Below, one piece after another: positions 35,955 through 43,374 of a stretch of DNA of 47,330 nt. The translations under genes and the position numbers were made by a program. Below the pieces are notes generated by a model. That model was not told the origin of the DNA and did not search any database. It worked only from the letters and a program-made list of their open reading frames with translations. Source of the DNA: an archaeon (lineage in GTDB: Archaea; Iainarchaeota; Iainarchaeia; Iainarchaeales; JAAZKV01); the NCBI GenBank assembly GCA_035355675.1, contig DAOQRN010000004.1, positions 1 through 47,330 of the forward strand, given 5' to 3'. Each line of letters opens with the position of its first letter. Position 1 is the stretch's first letter.

Positions 35955-36587
35955 TTATTTTTTTAGTTTTACAAGTTCTTTGATGTTTGCATTTTCTGCT
36001 TCAACAACAATGTCTTGACTTGATTTGAAATTAATTTTAGCACTTCCAGCATCAAGAACTAAATTTCGTAGTTGTCTTTTTGCAAGTAAGTAAGTTAGTA
36101 CTTCTTCTATTCTTTCGTGTTCAACAATTACTCCATTAGATTCTTTTGTTAATTTTAGTTTTAGTGAAAGTTCTGTTAAATCAAGTGTTCCAATAAATTC
36201 TGGTCTTAATGAAACGTGAGTACACTCCATTTCTTCAAGTGCCCTGTCTACAAAAGAAATTGCTTTTACTGAATCATTAAAAGAAAAATTCTTTTTAAGT
36301 CTAATTGATTCAACAAAATCCATTAATTCTTCTTTTTCTATTGTTTGTTTAGCAAGTTTTGATCTTAGTGATTCAAAATCACTCTCAATACTTGAAAATA
36401 ATTCAAGTATTTCTTTATTTTTCATTTCATTAGAAATCATTTTTTTTGTTTCAGGGTTAGCAATAGCTCTTTCCCTTAAAACCTTCATTTCTGATAAAAC
36501 CTTGTCAAAATCAGTATTAACATTTTTGACTTTGTCAAGATCACTCTTAACTCTAATAAGTTCAGCTTCTAATCTAGCTAAAGACAT
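35955..36587 (-). CDS. Coiled-coil protein with C-terminal mixed alpha/beta domain, unknown function
   Basis: 210-aa ORF with an ATG start. The N-terminal 110 aa have heptad-like charged helices. No motif recognised. Confidence 0.4.
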   Translation of the reverse strand: MSLARLEAELIRVKSDLDKVKNVNTDFDKVLSEMKVLRERAIANPETKKMISNEMKNKEILELFSSIESDFESLRSKLAKQTIEKEELMDFVESIRLKKNFSFNDSVKAISFVDRALEEMECTHVSLRPEFIGTLDLTELSLKLKLTKESNGVIVEHERIEEVLTYLLAKRQLRNLVLDAGSAKINFKSSQDIVVEAENANIKELVKLKK

Positions 36588-36726
36588 GAACCAACACCCC
36601 GAATAACTATGGTTTTTCTAATATTTAATGCTATCCCGAATAGGATTTTGTAATTATAATTAGTTAATTTAACTGTTATTTTCTTTGCCCAATATCTTTT
36701 TAAAACAACTTTTGGAAAATTATGTT

Positions 36727-39114
36727 ATGGTTTCTAAAAGTAAAGCAACAAAAATTCAGTCATTTTTTAGAACAAGAGAATTTCTTGCTTTATTTGTTTT
36801 ATTTATTCTTTTTTGTATAGCATTACTTGTTGTTCCTTTTTGGGGGACAGCAAAAATAAATGAATTTTCTTCAGCAAATTTTTATTTTAATGAATATGAC
36901 AAATTAATTGATGAAAACAATCAATTTTGTTTTTCTTTTTCAATTGATACACAAAGTACAAAAGTTCATGAGGATAGAATAAGTGTTTTTGTTAATCAAA
37001 ATGTAATATTTTCAGAACCAATTGTAATTGTTGCAGAAAACTCTGATCAAGAATTATTTAATTATTATGGCGGAATAAAAAAGAATTATTGTTTTGATTC
37101 ATTTTACCTAAATGATGGAAACAATGTTGTTTCTGTTTCTCTTGGTTCTCAAAAATTATTTTACCACATACAAAAAGTTGATTTATTAGTTGAACCAATT
37201 ACAAAATTAGAAATAATTGATATTAATTCAGAAGGGGTATTGTTTAATTTAGATTTGAAAAACTATGATTCATTTAAACCGTTAATGATTTCAATTAATG
37301 ATAAAGAAATTCAAAAGATATATCCTGGCCAAGGGAATAAAGATTATTTTGAAAAAATTGATTTTGTTGAAGGACAAAATAAAATTAATTTATCTTTTAA
37401 TGGAGTGAGTATTTCTAAAGAATACTTTTACACTCCACAAATAAAAATGAATCCAATTATTGGTTTTCTATTTTTTATTTTAATAATGGGGATTTTTTCT
37501 TTATTTGTTTTTTCTAAAAAAAGTTTTATTGAAAAATCCGCTCTTTCATTGATGAGCGCTTTTGCATTAATAGTATCAACAGGATTTATTTTGAACTTTT
37601 TCAAAATGCTGAATTTGTTTTCATTTTTGTTTTTAAATTTATTAATACTTTTATTATTATTTTTTGTTTTTAAAAATAATTATTCTTCAAAAACTTTTTC
37701 TTTAGAAGATAAACAAAAAATTATTAGCCCGATTTTTGTAGTGATTATTTTGGGCGCGATTTTACTTCCTCTTTTTATTAATTTTTTTACTGTTAGTAAT
37801 TTTTCTTATTGGAATACTTACTATGAAAGGCATGCTGAATCTTTGGCAGAAAATTTTGAACTACCAATAATTGATGAATTAAGTTATTTTGGTAGGCCTT
37901 TAGGATTTATTCCAGGGTATTTTTATTTACAATCAGGATTTTCTTGGATTTTTGGAGTTAGTGGTCAAGAATTATTTTCTCTTGGTTTAATAATTGCTAA
38001 CATATTTTTCATTTTCGCTGTTTTAATGCTTGGAGAGAGTCTTGGGTTTTCAAGAAATAAATCCGCAATACTTTATGTTTTACTTTGGATGGAAAATTTT
38101 ATTAGAACTGGGTTAATAATTAGTCCAAGACACGCGTTTTCTTTTGGATTATTTATTGTAGCACTTTCTTTAGTTTTGAGTAATCGTTCAAAATTAAAAG
38201 AAAAAATACTTTCATCAATTTCTCTAGCAATTTGCGGGTTTATTCAATTCCCACTCTTTGTTGCTTTTATTCCACTGTACTTAATTGTTGCAAAAAAAAT
38301 TGAATTAAAAAAAGTAATAATTATTTGGTTAGTTGCTGGAGCAATATTTTTGTTATTTTTTGTCCCAAACTTTTTGAATTTTGGTTTCCCTACGCAAGCA
38401 GAATCCTCAAATTGGGGTTACTTAATTAATTATGATGCAGTAAATATTTTACTTGACTTTGGGCCAATGTTTGTTTTCTTTTTCTTATTCACAATATTTG
38501 ATTTAAAAGAAAGAAAATTTTCTCTTTTGGGATATGAAAAGAAATTATTTATTGGAGTAATTTTGGGTTTGTTGTTTCAAATATTTATTAGTTATAGGTG
38601 GAATATTTTTAATGCAATAAATTTTGCAGTATTTTTAGTTATTTTAATTCCTGAAAAAGCTTTTGAAAGTAAATATTTTATTAGAGTGATTGCAATAATA
38701 ATGCTCTTTGTTGGATTAATTAGTGGATCAACAATTGGGTATTTATCAATAACAAACTATTTAACCGAACCTTATGATTTTTTATCTAACAATTCTTCTT
38801 CCACTGAAAGAATTTTATCAGATCCATTATTTAGTCATGATATAACTTATTTCACGAACAGATCAGTTATGGCAGATTTAGCTGTTGAATACGCTCCTGA
38901 AGAAATGCTTCAAGAAAATTTTAAATTTTTAGAGGAAAAAGATTACTCAATAATTGATAAGTATAATATAAATTGGGTTTTTTCTCAAAAAAACTTTATT
39001 AACCGAAAAGCATTTGGGAACAAACCCCTTGATTATGAACTTGAATTTGAAAAACTTGATAAAGTATTTTCAAATGCTTTAATCAATATTCATTGGAACT
39101 CAAAAAATCAGTGA
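36727..39114 (+). CDS. Large polytopic membrane protein with N-terminal extracytoplasmic beta-rich domain (GT-C-like topology is only a guess)
   Basis: ATG at 36727 (track ORF starts at TTG 36685). One TM helix, a ~200-aa beta-rich domain, at least 12 TM helices, and a ~130-aa C-terminal soluble domain. No WWDYG or DxD motif identified. Confidence 0.45.
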   Translation: MVSKSKATKIQSFFRTREFLALFVLFILFCIALLVVPFWGTAKINEFSSANFYFNEYDKLIDENNQFCFSFSIDTQSTKVHEDRISVFVNQNVIFSEPIVIVAENSDQELFNYYGGIKKNYCFDSFYLNDGNNVVSVSLGSQKLFYHIQKVDLLVEPITKLEIIDINSEGVLFNLDLKNYDSFKPLMISINDKEIQKIYPGQGNKDYFEKIDFVEGQNKINLSFNGVSISKEYFYTPQIKMNPIIGFLFFILIMGIFSLFVFSKKSFIEKSALSLMSAFALIVSTGFILNFFKMLNLFSFLFLNLLILLLLFFVFKNNYSSKTFSLEDKQKIISPIFVVIILGAILLPLFINFFTVSNFSYWNTYYERHAESLAENFELPIIDELSYFGRPLGFIPGYFYLQSGFSWIFGVSGQELFSLGLIIANIFFIFAVLMLGESLGFSRNKSAILYVLLWMENFIRTGLIISPRHAFSFGLFIVALSLVLSNRSKLKEKILSSISLAICGFIQFPLFVAFIPLYLIVAKKIELKKVIIIWLVAGAIFLLFFVPNFLNFGFPTQAESSNWGYLINYDAVNILLDFGPMFVFFFLFTIFDLKERKFSLLGYEKKLFIGVILGLLFQIFISYRWNIFNAINFAVFLVILIPEKAFESKYFIRVIAIIMLFVGLISGSTIGYLSITNYLTEPYDFLSNNSSSTERILSDPLFSHDITYFTNRSVMADLAVEYAPEEMLQENFKFLEEKDYSIIDKYNINWVFSQKNFINRKAFGNKPLDYELEFEKLDKVFSNALINIHWNSKNQ

Positions 39115-39213
39115 TTAATTCAAAAAATAAAGCCAAAGCAATGTTATTTAAAGATTCACAAAGAAATTTAATTTAATGAAAACCACTCTAAAAGGGTTAG
39201 GGTTTTTATTTTT

Positions 39214-39297
39214 GCACGGGTTGGGGAGCGGTCAAACCCGCAGGGTTTAGGACCCTGTCGCTTAGTGCGTTCAACGGTTCAAATCCGTTCCCGTGCA
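39214..39297 (+). tRNA. tRNA-Leu (anticodon UAG), class II with long variable arm
   Basis: Acceptor GCACGGG/CCCGTGC, anticodon stem CAGGG/CCCTG, loop UUUAGGA (anticodon UAG), variable arm CGC-TTAGT-GCG, T-arm AACGG-TTCAAAT-CCGTT, discriminator A. Confidence 0.9.
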
Positions 39298-39300
39298 CTT

Positions 39301-39500
39301 CTTTTGTCTTACGCCAAAAGACCTGCACTAGAAAGAGGCCTTCGGCGTGCATGTCGAGTTTCGGCTCGACCGAGTAAAAGCAATTAGCTTTTACGGGTCC
39401 CACAAAGTTTCACTTTGTTTGGACGGTGCGAAGCAGTGTCTTCACTGCGTTCGACACAGCGAAAAGGTGCGCGAAAAGAAGCGAGTCATCTAAAGATGAC
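39301..39500 (+). ncRNA. Candidate structured RNA, copy 2 (unclassified; paralog of 33509-33650)
   Basis: Starts 4 nt after tRNA-Leu and is about 50% GC. Consecutive perfect hairpins: cttttg/caaaag 39301-39320, gtcgag/ctcgac, gtaaaagc/gcttttac 39374-39394, acaaagt/actttgt 39402-39418, gtgtc/gacac 39436-39457, gtcatc/gatgac 39485-39500. A T7 run follows at 39513-39519. The track ORFs here (39206-39403 minus, and the 5' end of 39415) are judged non-coding. Confidence 0.45.
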
Positions 39501-39532
39501 ACTTAATTATTCTTTTTTTCAAAAACGAATTG

Positions 39533-39540
39533 TTTATATA
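39533..39540 (+). promoter_or_regulatory. TATA box for the channel gene
   Basis: TTTATATA lies 22 nt upstream of the ATG at 39562 (leaderless geometry). This supports the shorter start. Confidence 0.45.
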
Positions 39541-39561
39541 TTCCATTTTCCTTACTTTGAA

Positions 39562-40371
39562 ATGGATTTTAGTTTCAAAAGTATTCAAATTTTTTGTGCT
39601 AGATTTGCTAACGCTAGTTGGTTCAATAATTTAATTATTGGATTAATAATAATTAATGCAATTGTGTTAGGGCTTGATACATATCCTCAACTTTCTATTT
39701 ATTCACCAATTTTTAATTTAGTAAATAATATTGTTTTGTTTGCTTTTGTGGTTGAAGCAATTGCAAAAATTATTTCAGTTGCCCCATTGTTTTCAAAGTA
39801 TTTTTTGAATCCTTGGGATTTGTTTGATTTTATAGTAACAGTAGTTTCTTTTATCCCTGCAATTGGTCCAATGATTACAATAGTTCGACTTGTAAGGTTA
39901 CTTAGAATTGTTAGAATTGTTAGAAAATTTGATAATTTAAGAGTAATAATTGAAGCTCTAATAAAATCTCTTTCTTCAATGGCAATAGTTTTTATGTTAC
40001 TTTTGTTATTACTTTATGTTTATGGGATAATGGGAGTTCACTTATTTAGAGGAGTGGATCCACAATTTTGGGGAACTCTTGGTTCTTCAATAATTACTCT
40101 ATTCACTATTGCTACTTTAACTAATTGGGATGTTAGATTAGTAAATACTCTTAGTGCTCATCCTTTTGCATGGGTTTACTTTTTTAGTTTTGTAATAATT
40201 GCAGCAATGATTTTAATTAACTTGTTTGTAGGAATAATGTTGCATAATGTAACAGAAGCAAACAAAAAGAATCTTGCAAAACAAGGAATAGTTGATAGGG
40301 ATGATGAAATACTTGAAGAAATAAAACAAATAAAACAATCAATAAAAAAACTTGAACAAAAAAGAAAATAA
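39562..40371 (+). CDS. Single-domain voltage-gated cation channel (BacNav/NaChBac-like, Ion_trans fold)
   Basis: Six TM helices. S4 is RLVRLLRIVRIVRK, with Arg at every third position. Pore loop TLFTIATLTNWDV. C-terminal coiled coil DEILEEIKQIKQSIKKLEQK. Start moved from 39415 to the in-frame ATG at 39562. Confidence 0.8.
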   Translation: MDFSFKSIQIFCARFANASWFNNLIIGLIIINAIVLGLDTYPQLSIYSPIFNLVNNIVLFAFVVEAIAKIISVAPLFSKYFLNPWDLFDFIVTVVSFIPAIGPMITIVRLVRLLRIVRIVRKFDNLRVIIEALIKSLSSMAIVFMLLLLLLYVYGIMGVHLFRGVDPQFWGTLGSSIITLFTIATLTNWDVRLVNTLSAHPFAWVYFFSFVIIAAMILINLFVGIMLHNVTEANKKNLAKQGIVDRDDEILEEIKQIKQSIKKLEQKRK

Positions 40372-40438
40372 AAAACAACTCTTTTTAATTGTATTTTTTT
40401 TAAAAATTTTTTAAAAAACAATTCACTCTTTACTTAGA

Positions 40439-40571
40439 TTTATTAACCTTTTTTTCTTTCGGCCGCTCACCCAGCCGGCGTGTGGGCATCATCTTCGCCT
40501 AAAGGCTCGATGAAGCTGTTTTTTAAGATTTTCTTTTTCTTTGTAATTACCTTTATTAACCTTTTTTTCTT
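40439..40571 (+). repeat. Perfect 20-bp direct repeat flanking a 93-bp segment that holds a GC-rich ~60-nt core
   Basis: tttattaacctttttttctt at 40439-40458 and 40552-40571. Between the copies lies cggccgctcacccagccggcgtgtgggcatcatcttcgcctaaaggctcgatgaagctg, followed by tttttt. Confidence 0.8.
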
Positions 40572-40606
40572 CCATTTTGCTAGTACTTTTTATGGAGTTG
40601 ATTTGA

Positions 40607-43270
40607 TTGGTGAGCAAGAAAGAAAAACTAGTTTATATGTTTGAAGAGGGAGATAAGTCAATGAAGATGCTTCTTGGAGGAAAAGGAGCTAATTTAGCGG
40701 ATATGACAAGAATTGGGTTACCGGTTCCTTACGGATTCACTATTACTACTGATGTATGTAAAGCATACTATGCGAACGGAAAAAAACACTCAAAATTACT
40801 TGATGAACAAATGATGATTGCTGTAAAAAAACTAGAAAAGAAAACAGGAAAAAAATTTGGGGACAAAAAAGATCCTTTACTAGTATCTGTTAGAAGTGGA
40901 GCTCCAGCATCAATGCCAGGAATGATGGACACAATTTTGAATTTAGGAATGAATGATGTGGTAGTTGCAACAATTGCGACTGCTACAAAGAATGAAAGAT
41001 TCGCTTATGATTCTTATAGAAGATTTATTACAATGTTCGCTGATGTGGTGATGGAAGTAGACAGAATGAAGTTTGAACACATCATGGATGAAATCAAGCA
41101 CGCTAACAAAATAAAACAAGACACAGAAATGACTACAGAAATGTTAAAAGAATTAGTTGAAAAATTTAAAGTTCTTTATAAAAAAGAAACTAAAGAAGAT
41201 TTCCCACAAGACCCAATTGAACAATTAAAGAGATCAAGAGATGCAGTGTTTAGAAGTTGGATGAATGATCGTGCAATAGTTTATAGAAGATTAAACAATG
41301 TACCAGGAGATTGGGGAACAGCGGTTAATGTTCAAGAAATGGTTTTTGGAAACATGGGAGAAACTAGTGGAACAGGAGTTGCTTTCACAAGAAACCCTTC
41401 AACCGGAGAAAACAAATTCTACGGAGAGTTCTTAATGAATGCACAAGGAGAAGATGTTGTTGCAGGAATAAGAACTCCAAAAAAAGTAGAAGAACTTGGT
41501 CGTGTTTTACCAAAAGTATACAAAGAACTAGTAGCAATAAGATCAAAGTTAGAAAAATCTTATAGAGATATGCAAGATTTTGAGTTCACAATAGAACACG
41601 AAAAATTGTATATGCTTCAAACAAGAAACGGTAAAAGAACAGCACACGCTGCAGTAAAAATTGCAGTTGATATGGTGCAAGAAAAATTAATTACAAAAGA
41701 AGAAGCAGTTCTTAGAGTTGACCCTGCTTCACTTGATCAATTGTTACACAAACAATTTGATCCAAAATACAAATACACTGCAATCACAGAAGGATTACCA
41801 GCTTCTCCAGGAGCAGCAGTAGGAAAAGTAGTATTCAATGCACTTGATGCAAAGATGTGGGCAGAGAAAGGAGAAAAAGTTATTCTAGCAAGACTAGAAA
41901 CTTCTCCAGAAGATATAGAAGGAATGCATTCTTCAGTTGGGATTTTAACTGCTCGGGGTGGAATGACTTCTCACGCAGCTGTTGTTGCTCGAGGAATGGG
42001 TAAGTGCTGTGTTGCTGGATGTGATGAGATCACAATGGATGAGAAAGGAAAAAAATTCACAGTAAAAGGAACAGTAGTAAAAGAAGGGGATGTAATTTCT
42101 CTAAATGGTTCTACTGGACACGTAATAATTGGAGCAGTTCCTGTTGTTGAACCAACACTATCAGGAGACTTTGCAACACTCATGAGTTGGGCTGATGGAT
42201 TTAGAAAACTAAAAATCAGAACAAACGCAGACACTCCACACGACGCAAAAGTTGCTAGAAAGTTTGGTGCTGAAGGAATTGGGTTAATTAGAACCGAACA
42301 CATGTTCTTTGAAGCAACAAGAATCAAAGCTGTTAGAGAAATGATTTTAGCAAAAGACGTTGAAGGTAGAAAAAAAGCTTTAGCAAAAATCGAACCTTAT
42401 CAAAGAGAAGACTTTGAAGGAATATTCACAGCAATGAATGGACTCCCAGTAATTATTAGAATGCTTGATCCACCACTACACGAATTTTTGCCAAGACACG
42501 AACAAACAAAAGAAATAGAAGAACTATCTAAGGAACTTGGAGTTAGTGCTGAAGAAATTAAAAACACAATAACTTCTCTTCACGAATTTAATCCAATGCT
42601 AGGATTTAGAGGATGCAGACTTGCTATAGTTTATCCTGAAATAATGGAAATGCAAGTAAGAGCAATCTTTTCAGCCGCACTAAATGTTTCAAAAAAAGGA
42701 GTGAAAGCAATTCCTGAAATAGAAATACCTTTAGTTGGAAATGTAAAAGAGTATAATCCATTAGCAGAACTAACTCACAGAATAGCTAAAGAAATGAATG
42801 TAAAAGGAAAAGTTCACTATACTGTTGGAACAATGATTGAAGTTCCAAGAGCTGCACTAACCGCAGATGTTTTAGCAAAAGAAGCAGAGTTCATGTCATT
42901 TGGTACAAACGATTTAACTCAAATGACTTGCGGATTCTCAAGAGACGACGCAGCAAAATTCTTAGTACCATATGTTGAGAAAGGAATTTATGCAAGAGAC
43001 CCATTCACTACAATTGACCAAGAAGGAGTTGGGTTACTAATGAAACAAGCAGTAATGCTTGCAAGACTTGTAAGACCAAACATAGATATTGGAATATGCG
43101 GAGAACACGGAGGAGACCCGGCAACAGTAGAGTTCTGCCACAGAATAGGAATGAGTAATGTTAGTTGCTCTCCTTACAGAGTACCAATTGCAAGATTAGC
43201 TGCTGCACACGCTGCAATAAAAGAAAAACAAGCAGCGAAAACAAGTGTAACAAAAAAGAAAAGAAAATAA
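40607..43270 (+). CDS. ppdK: Pyruvate, phosphate dikinase
   Basis: LLGGKGANLADM, phospho-His loop GILTARGGMTSHAAVVARGMGK, and the C-terminal PEP-utilising TIM barrel (GLIRTEHMF, FMSFGTNDLTQ, GICGEHGGDP). Non-ATG start (TTG 40607 or GTG 40610) with GGAG upstream. Confidence 0.95.
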   Translation: MVSKKEKLVYMFEEGDKSMKMLLGGKGANLADMTRIGLPVPYGFTITTDVCKAYYANGKKHSKLLDEQMMIAVKKLEKKTGKKFGDKKDPLLVSVRSGAPASMPGMMDTILNLGMNDVVVATIATATKNERFAYDSYRRFITMFADVVMEVDRMKFEHIMDEIKHANKIKQDTEMTTEMLKELVEKFKVLYKKETKEDFPQDPIEQLKRSRDAVFRSWMNDRAIVYRRLNNVPGDWGTAVNVQEMVFGNMGETSGTGVAFTRNPSTGENKFYGEFLMNAQGEDVVAGIRTPKKVEELGRVLPKVYKELVAIRSKLEKSYRDMQDFEFTIEHEKLYMLQTRNGKRTAHAAVKIAVDMVQEKLITKEEAVLRVDPASLDQLLHKQFDPKYKYTAITEGLPASPGAAVGKVVFNALDAKMWAEKGEKVILARLETSPEDIEGMHSSVGILTARGGMTSHAAVVARGMGKCCVAGCDEITMDEKGKKFTVKGTVVKEGDVISLNGSTGHVIIGAVPVVEPTLSGDFATLMSWADGFRKLKIRTNADTPHDAKVARKFGAEGIGLIRTEHMFFEATRIKAVREMILAKDVEGRKKALAKIEPYQREDFEGIFTAMNGLPVIIRMLDPPLHEFLPRHEQTKEIEELSKELGVSAEEIKNTITSLHEFNPMLGFRGCRLAIVYPEIMEMQVRAIFSAALNVSKKGVKAIPEIEIPLVGNVKEYNPLAELTHRIAKEMNVKGKVHYTVGTMIEVPRAALTADVLAKEAEFMSFGTNDLTQMTCGFSRDDAAKFLVPYVEKGIYARDPFTTIDQEGVGLLMKQAVMLARLVRPNIDIGICGEHGGDPATVEFCHRIGMSNVSCSPYRVPIARLAAAHAAIKEKQAAKTSVTKKKRK

Positions 43271-43283
43271 ATTTAAAAAAAAG

Positions 43284-43320
43284 TGAAAGAGGATAAAACC
43301 TCTTTCATTTTACTATTTTT
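43284..43320 (+). terminator. Hairpin plus T-rich tail after ppdK
   Basis: 9-bp stem tgaaagagg / cctctttca (43284-43307), followed by ttttactattttt. Confidence 0.55.
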
Positions 43321-43374
43321 ATATATTTTTTATAGGTAAATATTATTATAAATTGATAAATAAATTATTACTTT

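Noticed and set aside
36727-39114. Calling the large membrane protein an AglB/STT3 oligosaccharyltransferase
   Set aside because: The topology (many TM helices plus a C-terminal soluble domain) is compatible. However, no WWDYG-type motif or loop DxD/ExD motif could be identified by eye, so it is reported only as a polytopic membrane protein.
39206-39403. 65-aa minus-strand ORF from the track
   Set aside because: It lies antisense across tRNA-Leu (39214-39297) and the GC-rich hairpin region. It exists only because the segment is GC-rich and therefore poor in stop codons.
33458-39520. The two structured repeats as attL/attR of an integrated element in tRNA-Leu
   Set aside because: The copies are diverged with compensatory stem changes instead of being identical. 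They do not overlap the tRNA body, and no integrase or recombinase is present. The idea is kept only as a low-confidence island hypothesis.
39301-39520. Identification of the structured element as RNase P RNA, SRP RNA or 5S rRNA
   Set aside because: By eye I could not find the universal motifs: the RNase P CR-I/CR-V GAAAGUCC and ACAGAA..GGCUUA, the SRP helix-8 GGAA tetraloop with an AGCA loop, or the 5S CCGAAC. Two copies within 6 kb would also be odd for these RNAs. A covariance-model search is needed for a definitive answer.
39415-39561. 49-aa N-terminal extension of the channel ORF (MFGRCEAVSS...)
   Set aside because: The extension is read through the structured GC-rich element and lies upstream of the TATA box at 39533. 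The channel homology starts only at the in-frame ATG at 39562.
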